Shown piece by piece: positions 24,250 to 38,807 of a stretch of DNA of 64,000 nt. The position numbers were made by a program, and so were the translations under genes. The number at the start of each line of letters is the position of its first letter. Position 1 is the first letter of the stretch. The DNA lies in assembly GCA_011109175.1 (NCBI GenBank), contig RDEW01000010.1:541837-605836 (forward strand), in the 5' to 3' direction. The notes beneath the pieces were generated by a model, which was given only the letters and a program-made list of their open reading frames with translations, searched no databases and was not told the origin of the DNA. The DNA is from Dicyema japonicum. Its lineage: Eukaryota; Animalia; Dicyemida.

Positions 24250-26292
24250 CAAACTATGGTTCAAAAAGTTAACACAAAAGAATCTAAAAGAGCTGCAGTG
24301 AAAGTTAGTAGCACAACACGTGTCTTTCGAAATACCGACGACTATGAGGACATCTCACGTGTGGTCCGTGATACAGTGGACCACGTGGTTCAAAGACTCT
24401 TCACAAATAAGCTTACTATTGGACTATATTTTAGAGGAGTCAAAGGCTTGGAAAAGTTCAGGCGGGTCGTTCGCGACTCGGTCCTCCTGGCTTTCCGAGT
24501 GAATATGGGGATCGATGGCAGGGCTGCTTTCCACACGGCAGCGGACATCCCCCACAGCCAGCGGTTGAACAGGCTGTGCCTGCTACGAGGAGGATGGAGG
24601 TTGAGAGCAAGACTCAGCCTCCTAATATGGATCAAGGACCAGGGACCGAGGGCAGGGCTGAATCCGTCACACAGCCAGCGGTCCAACAGGCTGTGTTTGC
24701 CCTCACAGAAGCCGGAGCAGAGGATCATCTCGAGAGGACTGTAGACTGGACTACAGTAGGAAGAAAAAGGAAGTCTGCGGTTTCCTCCAAACTGCAGAAC
24801 GTGCGAGATTCGGGTCCAGAAACCGCAAGATGCCTTAAAAAGCATTTTGCAGGCTCGAGTCAATCCAGAACGCACGAGCCAAAGGGGAATCACAAAAATC
24901 AGGTATTCGGGGGACTTACTACACTAGTTCGTCTCGAGGTGCCGAAGATAGGAGTGGTTAAACTCCTGTGTGGCATAGGTACTCTGGCTGGTTGTAGGAA
25001 AAAAAGTCAAGTGGAAAAAAGGTCAAGCGGATAAAAAGTCAAGTTGTCTTTTTTTAGTTTATATCGCATTTTTGTGATACTACTAGCATCTTTTAATTTT
25101 TAAAAATTTTTTCAATACTTGACTTTTTTTCCGTTTGACTTTTTTTCCATTTTTGAAAATTTTTCCCTTATAAATTTTCGAAATTTAGCGCAAAACGGAA
25201 AAAAAGTCAAGTCCGTTAACGAAATTACGGACTTGACCGACCCCAACCACAAGGACACACGAGGAGGAGAGGACTACTTGGGTATGGGCGTAGCCTCTTT
25301 ATCGTTAATTGGTATGCTCTCTGTACCTCGTGTTCTTAGGGACATTGGAAGCGATCACCGTCCACTACTAACCGATCTTCACGAACCTGTTCGATCTCAA
25401 GCCCCAATTGGCTATGACTTGGGCTCTGGCACTTGGGATAACCTGGAGTCGTTCATGGATAGAAAACTCCCTTCTCTCAAAGGGCAAGTTTGCAGTGAAG
25501 CTGACGTGGAAGAATTTGATGCCACTTTGGGTGATGCACTTGAGGAATACATGCGGACCAACTTCCGGTTACGTCCGCATGGTGAAGCCTCCGCACGGAC
25601 GACATAGTTCTCTGGGATCACTCGTGGAAACCAGATGTGGCGTGTCAAGGATTCAAGTCGCTGTCGATGAAATCATACGCTGGTGTGGGAGCAGAGGACT
25701 CAGGGTGAGACCTGAAAAATGCAGGTTATTAGTTTTTGGCCGCCCTAAGCGGTCTAATAATTTAATACCTAGAGTGACCATCTATGGGGTACCTATAGAG
25801 TCACTGGGCGGACGAGCTACTTTGGAGTGACGTTCAACTCCAAGTGTAGTTTCCAGGAGCACATTTCGTTAAAAGTCGGGCTGTGAAAAGACTAGGAGCG
25901 TTGAGGGCTTTTCAGCTGAGTCGCGATGCTTGGGCCAAAGTGTTCAACGCCATGGTGCTGCCTATGTTCACTTATGGTGCGCACTCCTGGTATTGCAGCG
26001 AGGAATGCGAAAAGTGCCTCACCAACCTGAGGAAGGTTCGGCGGCGGGCAATACGGTATTCCCTAGGAATGTCTTATGGAGCGCCGCTGCCTGAAAGAGA
26101 ATACCCTGATTTTAGGGACCCAGAAGAAGTTATTAAAAAGATCTTGAAATCAAATTAAAGAAGGAGGCACGTGGAAGACGAAAGTGATGGCACGAAAACG
26201 CTGCCGCAAGGCGGTGAAAGGGCCCTTAGTTAGTTCTTCCCTAATTACTTACTATTTGTTTCTTTGCCTAATAAAGATTATTCATTCATTCA
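24250..26292 (+). mobile_element. Deleted Jockey/I/L2-like LINE with (CATT)n tail
   Basis: ORF1-like region with a QPAVEQAV/QPAVQQAV repeat; DIGSDHRPL (APE end); RWC...RPEKC..YFGVTF..VLPMFTYGAHSW (RT thumb); aataaa..ttcattcattcat tail. Confidence 0.75.
24995..25215. mobile_element. MITE-like insertion with AAAAAGTCAAG/TTGACTTTTT motifs
   Basis: Homologous to 22790-23020 and interrupts the LINE. Confidence 0.65.
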
Positions 26293-26295
26293 TGG

Positions 26296-26318
26296 TGCCC
26301 CAAACCAAGTTCGTACTG
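26296..26318 (-). repeat. Right TIR matching 22384-22406
   Basis: tgccccaaaccaagttcgtactg|TA. Confidence 0.6.
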
Positions 26319-26849
26319 TAATAATAATAATTAAGCACTACCCCGTTGCCATAAGCACGTAAGATGCCTAGGGTTTCGCTCATGCAGAACACACACTTTA
26401 TTTAAGTATAGAACAGTTATTATAACTAATCGTAAAGGGAGAACTCTAACCACTATGCCACGTCGAATTGTTTTTATTTAATAAAAAATAAGATTTCTGA
26501 TTAAAAAATTTTAGGGAAGATGAGTGAGCTAAATTTGTCTAACCACTATGCCACGTCGAATTGTTTTTATTTAATAAAAAATAAGATTTCTGATTAAAAA
26601 ATTTTAGGGAAGATGAGTGAGCTAAATTTGTCTTCTCTATTGCCCAAAATTAAAACCACAAAAATTGTGGCGATTTATCAAAAATGTACAGGCAAATCAA
26701 ACTGACTCTTCCCACTCTCACAGAGCAAGATTTAATACGATTGTCGAGTGAAAGGCTTATTTTTCAATGACCACAACCACTCGACTTTACAAAAATATAT
26801 CCACATGTGGAAAGTAAAGACATCAAATCTCGATGGAAAAGTTAATATT

Positions 26850-29250
26850 TCTGAATCTCGATGTCAAATTTTCAGGAAAAATAAGCGTATTCGATGCGAT
26901 CAGTAAGCTTTTAGCAAGAATTCATAAAGTTATCTAAGGGCATTCCATCTAAGTCCTGCTTTATGGTCGAGACACTCCACACATCCTTACTTGCTTAGAA
27001 AGTTTAGTTGCTCTTTTCATTTTTTCCAAGAGTCATAAATGATCATTTCCGAATCACTTTAGGTCTTCACTAGTCTAAGTCCTGCTTTATGGTCGAGACA
27101 CTCCACACATCCTTACTTGCTTAGAAAGTTTAGTTGCTCTTTTCATTTTTTCCAAGAGTCATAAATGATCATTTCCGAATCACTTTAGGTCTTCACTAGT
27201 CACACACAAACAAGACCAAGTTCTATTATTAACGACCTAACCATAACACACATAACTCCATTCCCAAAACCTGAATGGTCTCAGTATTTTCCATCGAAAT
27301 ATTTCAGATTATATGCACGTTTAGTTCGTGAAGCCATCTTTGAATTTACATATACTCATTATGCACTTAAAAAATTGATCATTATGAAATCCTTGAACCC
27401 AACTTCCTCGTTTTGAAGACCAACCTCATTTCTTCCACTATTATCGAAAATTCTGGAGAGAATAGCCCTGAAGGCAATTTCTTGTTACATCAACCTTTTT
27501 AAATTACATGACTTTTACATTTCTGCTACGACCTTTCATTTCTTCACTTTTATTGGTGCCTGGATATGCTCCGTAAATTTATCCAAACCATTTGATTCTA
27601 TCAGTGTAGTCATTTCCAACAAAATCAAAGTATCTTCTGTTTTGAATAACTATCCTGCGGGCTAGATCAAACCTGTTTATGGTCTCAGCAACATACTCAC
27701 AACTCATATATCCTTCCTCCTATTCAGCTTTAAGAAATATAACCAATTATTTAAACTCCACTCCAGCTGATCAGTTACATTGGAATTCAAAGCCCTATCA
27801 TTGGGGAAACAGAGCTTAAATATCTCTAACAACCACTCAATCACAACCTTCTCATCTCCCAATTGAAAAAACGTTTCTCAAGACTCTAAATATCTCTACA
27901 AAACATTCCACAACTTTTTTACCACCGAATACAAAACCAGAACTAAAGGAATACACGATTTGTAAGAATCGAAACACAGTGTTAGACAACAGATCTCTAG
28001 AAATCAGCGTTTTGACAACAAATTTGCCTATCTGCAGTGTGGCCATCATCCATTTCTAGATGGAAGAGAAATTCTTCCAGATTTGATTATCCAACAAGGG
28101 TGAAATTTTTTTGAGCGTTCTTTGGAAATCAATGCGGTGTGTGCGGTTTTTTGATTTAAGCAGTAGGAAGGTCGGATGTTTTGGACCGAAAACTACTGGA
28201 GATATTGTATGCCATGTATTTCGAAGTGATCTTCAAAGGAGAGGATGTTTGTCTACTAGTGCAAGTGGTTAAAGAGTAGATTTTAGGCAGCCTGTTGTAC
28301 TACTCGAGGAAATTTTTTTCCATGGACCGAGTGATGTACAGGAAGCCAAACTAAGGTCAGAATAATGAAGCGTTGTCTTAATGAATTATTTGCACAAGAA
28401 GATGAGATATTCTTTGGGTGACCGTTGTACCATCCGCAATGTCACCAAAAACATTTGTTTTTCGTTTGACTTTAGTAGTAGGTTTTCGATCTGTTTGTTA
28501 AGCAAAGTGACGCGTTGAATATAACTTCGAGGATTGTTGGATGGTTGGTCACAGAAAGAAACTAATTCTATTTGAATAATGCTAGAGAGCGGTTGAAATG
28601 TTGCAGATCACTGAGGACTTTGAAAATGAGTCAGTCGATCCTAAACCAATCAAAGGGGTAATTTAAGTGATTTTGAAGTTATCTGAGGTTGTTAGGATGA
28701 TTTTTATTGGATTGCATGAGTTGTGGGCATATCACTTGAATGAAAAACAAAAAGTGAAAAAGAGGACTGATCCCTGAAGGACATCGTTGGGTAGATAGTA
28801 GAAATGAAACGCATGGGAGTGTGAACAGGTTTGGTCTGTCTCCCAGAAGAAAGTTGTGAGCCAATACTTCCAGACATAAAGAATAATGGGGAATTTGTGT
28901 ATTTTGAAAAATAACTGGCAGAAAGCTATAAAAAAACTTCCGGATGAAATTACCATCTTTCCGTTCGTTGCATGGAAGCTCCTAGTCTTGATGTCACATG
29001 CACGCACCCTCTATTTTCGAACNGTAGAAATGAAACGCATGGGAGTGTGAACAGGTTTGATCTGTCTCCCAGAAGGAAGTTGTGAGCCAATACTTCCAGA
29101 CATAAAGAATAATGGGGAATTTGTGTATTTTGAAAAATAACTGGCAGAAAGTTATGAAAAACTTCCGGATGGAATTACCATTTTTCCGTTCGTTGCATGG
29201 AAGCTCCTAGTCTTGAGGTCACATGCACGCACCCTCTATTTTCGAACAAC
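26850..29250 (-). mobile_element. Very old non-LTR (APE/RT) remnant
   Basis: Scattered RT-like (TRNCLQG.SLS, VKYL) and APE-like (FGD) pieces. 26840-27080 is similar to 34150-34370. Confidence 0.35.
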
Positions 29251-31769
29251 CATCCTCAGAGTGCTGCCAACACCTGTTCAACCACTGGAAATGCTAAAAA
29301 TTGAAATGTCGTAAATGTCTAAACTTCCCTAGTAATTGAAGTTACTTTCTCTCGCAGTGGAAATGTTCAAAGCCCTTAGACATTTGTCCTACACTTTACT
29401 TAAAAACTAAAAAACTTTATCTCAGTCCGCTCAGGTGACCTGCGTAAACGTTGATGGCTATTTGATCGTAATTCTCTTGCAGCCCAGAGACTTTGATCTT
29501 TCCAGTAGATAGAAGAATCTCACAAAGCTAAAACGTAAAAAATGCATAGTTTCTAGGTAAGATAATTTCCGATCTTCCATACCTCTCCAGAGACTCTTAT
29601 GTACATATGTATTCCGTTTGCTTTTTGTCACCAAATTTTCACTATGTGACGACAACAAGTGCATGTCATAAATCTAGGATCTTTTGATGAAAGGGATAAT
29701 GACGTTGTATTTAACTCGACTTTATCAGTCGCTTCTTCAACCATTCGTTGAGACAGCTCAGGTTTTGTTGCATTCTAATGTAGCAGACTGGGTATCCCAG
29801 TTGTATAAAGCCAAGACGATTTTGCCAATACAAGTGAGAAGGATATTTGGTTTCTGATGTAGGGAGATCGGTCAGGAATAGATCAAATAACAAAGAGAAT
29901 GGGAAAAAACTGAGAAACAGACTTTTACTGTCCAAGGCAAACACGACCATATCAGCTATGGAGTTGGCCAATAAAACTTTGATGTGAGAATCTTTTTTAA
30001 CAATAAGTCGCACATAGCAGCCTCTCCAAGATTTTTGACATCAGAGTGTTGAGACCGATTTATATGCAGCAGCGTTTTTTTTCGTTTTCTTGGTTTCCAG
30101 AATCGGACAGGTGTGCAAACATTGACATAGTTGAGTTAGAGTTTTTGTTAATTTAGAGATCATGAACCTTTTCCAATGCAACGATTCCCTGATTCTTATA
30201 AAAATTGTGGAAATCACAAGTTTTTCTCGTAAGCCCTAATACGTCCTCACGTCGTTTTTGGAAAAGTAGGTTGATTCTAGTCCTTTTTTGTTTACTGAGA
30301 TATAATGGGGATACATAAGACTTCGTATGGTCATTATGGGAGATTTTTGCTAAATATTTTATTAAATTATTCAGGTCCTTTAAATTATGGTCATTGATGA
30401 TCCTTTGTAAGCTTTTGAAACGTACCGAATGCCTACCAAACTTCTGCGGTGGAGCTATTTTGGATCAAGAACAAAATCACGTGAATCCATTTGACCTCTG
30501 CGATTAAAGCTCTTGAGTTTTATTTCATTATTTAAAGATCGAATCCGTAGTTTTTTTCGTAGTTTCAAGATAGACTGGTTAATATAGGTGACTGGCTTAT
30601 CAACGGAAGTAAAACCATCTATGTAAAGCTTTTCAAGCACTAGTCAATGAGTGAACTGTAGTGTATACAGTCGGAAGGTTTGTAGTTGTAATTTCATGGA
30701 TTCTTAACTCTATTGAAAAGTCCCTCTTGATATTCAATAGTTTTGATCTGTGGTCACTTTTTGTTCCGTGAATGACTGACCATGTAGTTATTGACTACAG
30801 CAAGGAGGACCAGAAATCAACATCCAGTAATGTAGGTTAATTCAAGACTCTGAAGGGAGTTACATTATTAGACCAGTAGTGTACTTGTCTGCGATAGTTT
30901 CTCTCACGTCAAAAGCTAGANTGATATTCAATAGTTTTGATCTGTGGTCACTTTTTGTTCCGTGAATGACTGACCATGTAGTTATTGACTACAGCAAGGA
31001 GGACCAGAAATCAACATCCAGTAATGTAGGTTAATTCAAGACTCTGAAGGGAGTTACATTATTAGACCAGTAGTGTACTTGTCTACGGTAGCTTCTCTCA
31101 CGTCAAAAGCTAGAGTCGACGTAAGTTGTGCTTGGCGTTTATACCACCAAAAAAATAATTTAGGCTTGAACCCGTACCTGTTCCTGGTTGATATTTTCCC
31201 TTTTGTTGTTTCAATAAATATTCCAATGGTTTCATTCTCGTCAACCAAAAGTCTCAATACCAACCTAAAGTCTACACATTTGAAGACCCCTCCAGAACAG
31301 AGTAAAAGAACAACAGAATGAGCTGGTCACCACCACGTCTTTTTGTTAGGTGGGTCGTTTAGAGTCATAGCCAGGAAATAAGAGAGTAAGGTCGTTAATT
31401 GAGAGTTTTAACTTTTGAAGATGTGCAATGTCAATCATACGTTTTGCAAGAAAATCCTTTAGTTCGAGCACTTTCCCATAATCTAATTAACATTAATCCC
31501 GTTACATTTAACTTGAGGACTAGGGTCGGTTTGTTTTCTTTGCTCTTCCTCTATAATTCTGAGAGCCTTTTATGAAAATAAGACTTTCTCTCACATTCGA
31601 TAATCACGGTTTCGAGAAACGCGCATCAGAATGTCAAATTTGATTCTGGTTTTTTCTAAATTTGATTTCGACCTTATCCATCTTTAGCGCACTGTCCGCC
31701 TGTTTAGTTTTCTGTTAGTGATAAAAAGCGAACGTTAAGACGGTCCAGGTGTCACATGAAGAAACTCTG

Positions 31770-32050
31770 ATTTATTTAAGGTCACGAGATCACCGAGAAA
31801 AAAACAGAAAAACATCAAACAGTTCGGTCATCCCAATTCCCGCAATCGACTGCACTATCCAACGTTTGTGGTCCTCCATTGTCCCCACTACCAAACGAAC
31901 GAGCCTTTTCTCATTCTTGCAGAGAAATTCGATTGGAAAAAGGGACTTTTGTACCAATCGGTTTTCTTTAGCTTTAGATGTGGAAAAGTGAAGTGGGTTT
32001 CCATCTTCTTCACAAACGCGGAGAAATCCGGATCCGCGACTACAGATAGT
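31770..32050 (-). mobile_element. 3' fragment of the B-subfamily Ingi/Vingi-like LINE
   Basis: RVCEEDGNPL..ENRL..VVGTMEDH matches 16630-16830 and retains the 3' stem motifs. Confidence 0.85.
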
Positions 32051-32202
32051 AGCTCCAGTGAGTAGAGGAATGACTGATGATGTCACACTAATTAATTTAA
32101 TTTTTAAAACCACTTAACAAATAAAAAATTAATCAATTATATACTATATGATAAATAATTTTTTAATTAAATTTTAAATTTGAATTGTAATTTAATTGTT
32201 GT

Positions 32203-33550
<1,348 letters not shown>

Positions 33551-33559
33551 TGTTTTTGT

Positions 33560-34070
33560 TATTTGTTTGTATTTCCTTAAGTTGATTAATTTTTGTGGTT
33601 ATTTAAGTCATTTTTCGTTGCTTTATGGATATGAGGTTTTTTCGTCGACTTTGTTTTACATGTTGATTATAACTAGTCGATCAGATTTAATAAAGTTGGT
33701 GATTTGGTCGTCTGGTGATTCTCCTTCGTCATTATCCTTATAGGAGAACATAAATGATGTTAAAACCTCAAAACATCAGATGAACTTCATACTCTGAAAC
33801 GGAATCCAAACTCCTACTAGCACAGTCATAGTAGGGGCGAATTGATCTTGCTGAATTTAGTTCGAATTGATATTGGTCAATTTGTTGAATTTCGTTTTTA
33901 ATCTATAAATTAGTCCAATATTAATTGGAGTAGGAGAAAGCTGTTTTTAAAGTGTCCAAGCGAATATTTGTGTATTACTTGGGATGTCTTTCGAATCTTT
34001 GGGAATTCTCTACAAGTGCAACTTTTCCCAAAATAGTTCCTGGATTTTTGAAGAAACGCATAGAACTCAT
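33560..34070 (-). CDS. Uncharacterised micro-intron-containing gene (model uncertain)
   Basis: ATG at 34070 and coding-like exons (IKNEIQQIDQYQFELNS.., DNDEGESPDDQI..) separated by gt..ag segments. No recognisable family. Confidence 0.35.
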
Positions 34071-34689
34071 TTTGTTATTTCTGGTCGATTTCTCTAAAGA
34101 GAGTAGTAATTAATGCTTTTTGTACGGAAGGAAAAGAAGCAAAGTTTTTTACTGGAATATGTTTAATTCTCGATGGAAAATCTTCAGGAAAAATAATCGT
34201 ATTCGATTCGATCAGTAAGCTTTTAACAAAAATTTGTTAAGTTATGTAAATGCATCATTTACTTGTTTAGAAAGTTTAGTTGCTCTTCTGATTATCTCCA
34301 AGAGTCATAAATGATTATTATCGGATTAGTGTTCCACTTTAGGTATTTCACTAATAATATAATTAAGTGGACTAAGGACAGATCCATGAAACCCCTCTTC
34401 TTAACAACATTTTCTTTGAATTTTGGTTTCCAACACGTATAAACGACTCTCTTCTATAAAGAGATTCTCTAACCATAAAAGAGCCATACTCCAATCCTAA
34501 ACTTCTCCAGTATCCGTAAAAGACAACAACAATAACTTTATTAATCCAAACAACTTTGTCCGAAGGCTATTTCGTTTTACAGTTGATAAAGATAATAGTT
34601 TATTCTTAATGAAAGTCTTGTGATGACTCACATTATTAATATCAAATTTCATAGAACCCTGCAACACATAACCGATTTTTAATTAAAAC

Positions 34690-34950
34690 AAAAGACTTGG
34701 GGAATATGGTCAATATCTCGAAAAATAGTAGGAGCACCAACATACATACAATAATAGTAAAATAAATGGAATATTAAGACACGAAACCGTGATTTTGATT
34801 GATAATGTCAGATTTCATCACTGCGAAAAAATCAAAATGTTAAGTTACTATATCTACCACCATATAATCCAGACCTCAATCCTATAGAAAATATTTTTTC
34901 TACAATTAAAGCAAGGCTGGATAAGATACGACCACGTGCTTCAAGCGACA
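34690..34950 (+). mobile_element. Tc1/IS630-type transposase remnant
   Basis: [11 protein letters not shown] and [17 protein letters not shown] motifs. Confidence 0.7.
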
Positions 34951-34959
34951 AAGCACATA

Positions 34960-36657
34960 TCGGAGGTGCTCAGATCGTACTTGTCCTGAATCTGTAAAAA
35001 CCATTCAATCTTGTGATGAAGTTTGGAGTCTGAAGCAACATAATCATCTTCCAAGGAGTGAATTTGTCAAGAGAGCCTTAATACGGGAGGACATAAAGCA
35101 GAAATCACTCTTATGTGATATGGGTCCTAGACAGATAATTAATAATTCTCTGCTTGGACAAAATTTGACAACTATTGCCTTGACATGGACTCATTCTTCT
35201 CTGGAACAACTGATTAATAGAACAAGAAAAAGTATCCCACACGAAAGTGATGATTCTGTTCTTAATATTGAGGAGAATTTAATGTATACCTTACGATGGC
35301 ATAGATTCTATCAGTTTGGACACAGTTTTCGCCAAAATATTGGTATATTAATAATTAACTTTTCAGATGTTAAGACAAATATGGTTATTTTTTAATTCTG
35401 AAATGACGACACCATTAAAAAATCATAAAATATGGTCTATTGATGGGACTTTTTTTGTCTGCCCTCTTGCTTGGAAGCAATTATTCACAATATCGGTAAT
35501 AATTAATCACCATGTAATTCCAATAATATTCTGTCTTTTAACATCAAAAACTGAAAATGTATATGACACAATGCTTCAAATAATTAAACGTCTCATTCCG
35601 GATTTAGAACCAAGAGTTATTGTCTCAGATTTTGAAAAAAGCAATAAACTCTTTTCAAAAATCATTTCCAAACGCACGGATAAATTGCTGCATGTTCCAT
35701 CTAGGACAAAATATTAATAAAAAAATATTGGAATTAGGAATTTTCAACGACATAAATAATGAAGATATAAATAGGTTAAATGTGATTTAAAATTAACGAT
35801 AGATTTGTAAAACTGTTGAAATGGCTCTCCTTTATTCCTACACATACTGTAAAGAACACTTTTGATTAGATAGTGTCGAGATCAGATTTTCCTGCGATTC
35901 TAAATCCATTATATCGATATTTTTCGATCAATTATATCGGAAATCAAGAAAATGGATTAATTCCAAGATTTCCAATTAATTATTGGAAAAATCTCGATAA
36001 TTTATGAGGACTTACCACGGACAAATTACTCCATTGAAGGCTGGCACAACGTTTTTAGAATTACATTTGGGGCACTAAAAAAGACACCAAGAAATTTTGT
36101 AAAGAAAATGATAAAAGAAGAAAGGCATAATCTTAAGATTACAAAATGGAGAAAAAATTCTTAGAAAAACTAAATATATCGCATTATCTGAGAATATATT
36201 GAGATTTGTTGAAGAACAAATATTACTTAATATGGATTTGACAGAATATATATTCAACTTAGTAGAATATGTATTCTATTAACATTTATAATCATTTTCC
36301 TTTTTTCCTTTTGAAAATAAATATTTCATTTTAAAGTTATATAAAAATATTAAAAAAGATGACTTTTCTACCTAAAGATGTCGAGGACCTTGGTAAAATG
36401 TTCCGCTTACCCATAGGACCTTAAAATCAATTTTCATAAGATTTAAAAAAGATGACTTTTCTACCTAAAGATGTCGAGGACCTTGGTAAAATGTTCCGCT
36501 TACCCATAGGACCCTTAAAATCAATTTTTATATGATTTAAAAATGATGACTTTTTTACCTAAAGATGTCGTTTTGCTAAAATCTCGTGATGTTTATTGAT
36601 GAACTTACCCAAAACCTGAAAAAATTAATTGGAGGCCATTTTGAATGGACACGCTGA
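34960..36657 (+). mobile_element. MULE transposase remnant with putative right terminal region
   Basis: WSIDGTFFVCP..QLFTI..PIIFCLLTSK..YDTM..VIVSDFE; EGWHN. Followed by tandem ~90-bp units ending GGACACG. Confidence 0.75.
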
Positions 36658-36671
36658 ATACTAAAAACCCT

Positions 36672-36887
36672 CTAGGATAAAATTTTCCTTTTCTCTGATT
36701 TTAGCATCGTTAACGACGATAGTATCACCTTTTCGGCTTTTATCAGTAATACCAGTTCATCATGCTTTTTCCCAATGGATCTGGCATTCACCAGTATTAT
36801 TTTTACATTTCTTGCTTTCAACAACTTACCAGGTGGCCTAGCCTCTTCAGGACTAGTGCCAGTAAATCCACATTTGCCATCTAACAT
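36672..36887 (-). mobile_element. CR1/L2-type APE N-terminal fragment
   Basis: KIILVNARSIGKKHDELVLLI. Confidence 0.6.
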
Positions 36888-37419
36888 TCACGGTGGAGCC
36901 TGTAGATGATGAAAGTCATCTCTCTGAAGCCATTATCATTCAGTTTTGAGATTTTCCCCAATCCGTATTCTTGATCTTATTTTTTCCGTCTGCATAGTCT
37001 CCTTGGAGTCTTCAGTTTGAGTATGAGGTTTGCGTATTTGAAAAGTAAATTTAACGATTTATCGATAATCGAATTTTATTAATTTCTTACTCCTGAAAGA
37101 TTTTGTTATTTAACTAAACCTCGATGTTTGGTTTAACATGTATGCGAATCTGCCTTCTCTAAAGTGGTAAACATCAAAACGAAATACCGAAATAAATTGG
37201 CAATCACCTCAGCGTCATAGTAAGAATTTCATCATCAATTTGACGCCTAATTATGATGGTTTGATTATAAAAAATAAAATTCTTATTACTTTTTAGCCTT
37301 TGACCACTTTATAAGTTGTCCTCTGGTCTCAAAATCGTGAGACCTCTGATCTTAACAATTCGAGCAGCAAAAAATTAAAGGAAGTCAAATTATTAGTTAG
37401 AAATTGGATCGACTTTTTC

Positions 37420-37680
37420 CGGTTGTAGTTATTAAAAATAAAATTATTCCATAGACCAAGGATAAAACCAAACTAACTGATTCCTTGATCCTGACGCGTT
37501 CCAAGTGAACCTTCACCCTAGAAAAATGATCCAGAGGACGTTGTCCGGGGATCTGAGATCGATTCCTGAACTCGTCGCCTGGAAAAAAATTGTTTCATGT
37601 AGAATGAATAGATGGATCCTTTAGAATGCCGGCCAGCATTGGACGTCTCCTGAGTAAGCTGGATCCAATGACGCCACCAG
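37420..37680 (-). mobile_element. Short non-autonomous derivative (S2 family)
   Basis: Homologous to 16938-17112, with 5' fold and 3' stem. Confidence 0.75.
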
Positions 37681-37740
37681 AAGAAACCATTGAATTAAAA
37701 TATAAAAATAAATCATAAAAAACATTTAAAAAATAAAAGA

Positions 37741-38430
37741 CTATTCTTTAATATAATCATAGTCATAATAATCGTTGTCATCGTCTTTTGGTTTGAGTTC
37801 ATAGTCATGGCCCAGAGCCCAAAGTGATTCTAAATCATACTTAATGCGCTCTTTCTCAATAAACAAATGTAAAACGATAAATCCCATGTCCATAACAACC
37901 CACGACTGACCTCCGCCAATTCCATTTACGATCATAGCGTTGTCATTTATATTTCTCCTTTTAGTGTACTATAAATCACATTTAATAAAAACCATCGTTC
38001 GGAGAGTCTGACTCACCCCAGCCAGGTGACGATGAGACAAAGATGTGCCAATCACTACGTAGTCAGAATAATTTCGTTCTTTTGAGATTGTTAGACACAC
38101 AATATCCCGAATTTTCTCACTTTTAAGAAATCCAACCAATTCTTCAAGTTCGATTACATTCAAACCGTCTAAAATTTTTTTATTATTTTCTACCTTTTTC
38201 TCCCAAATATTGATTTCTATTAAGTAGGAGGTCGTCATAAAGAATTTCTTCATCTTTTGTATCGTCGTTATCGTTATATTCTTCATACTCCTCATATACT
38301 TCATCAATCCCATTATATCTGTGGGCTTTTTGCAGTATAGTCGCTTTAAGGTATTTGTTGGTGAACTCATATTGATTTTGCTTATGTTGGAAAAAACAAA
38401 TTTGTTCAGTTTTAACACACTACGAATCAT
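37741..38430 (-). CDS. MALSU1: Mitochondrial assembly of ribosomal large subunit 1 (RsfS/Iojap family)
   Basis: Presequence-like N-terminus, DIVCL..SDYVVIGTSLSHRHL and SWVVMDMGFIVLHLF..RIKYDLESLW. Two 25-nt introns. One apparent frame break at about 38329. Confidence 0.88.
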
Positions 38431-38693
38431 ATCATTTAAATTTTTAATAAAAAATTTCACTAATTTATTTTTTAGTCCTAGATAATTTTAAATTTTATAT
38501 TTGAGTAGCGGAGAAGACCTGATCAAACGTAATCAGGAGAAAACCCGATTCCAACGAGCTAGTGTAGGATCGACGGAGGAGCATCGAGCCAAGTTGAGAG
38601 TCTGGATTAAATTTGAGGGGTCACTTAGTTTGTTTTTGTTTCGTTTTAATGGTAGTCTTGGACAATGGAACCTTATGTATTCATATGTTTATT

Positions 38694-38807
38694 GGTAACG
38701 CGGGAGTACTCGTAACTAACTCACGTAACTGATTAAAAGTTTCAAATCTAATAGCTAAGAAATTACTACTGCGATCGGTCCTGGGTTCGATTACCCCACC
38801 GATTACT
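38694..38807 (+). ncRNA. tRNA-like/B-box-containing hairpin, identity unknown
   Basis: Contains GGTTCGATT in the hairpin GATCGGT..GGGT-TCGATT-ACCC..ACCGATT. No clean cloverleaf. Confidence 0.25.

Noticed and set aside
26446-27200. Perfect tandem duplications of ~94 bp and ~126 bp
   Set aside because: Exact copies with arbitrary boundaries, probably contig-overlap artefacts. No spacers, so not CRISPR-like.
28798-31110. Two ~190-225-bp duplications, each split by a single N (29023, 30921)
   Set aside because: Copies differing by a few SNPs on either side of an N indicate haplotype overlap at joins.
29280-31500. Coding-like fragments (for example LYIDG, RNase H-like)
   Set aside because: Too degraded to assign to a family from sequence alone.
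38735-38760. TTCAAA as a tRNA-Sec anticodon loop
   Set aside because: Flanks do not form an anticodon stem, and the 9/4 Sec fold cannot be built.
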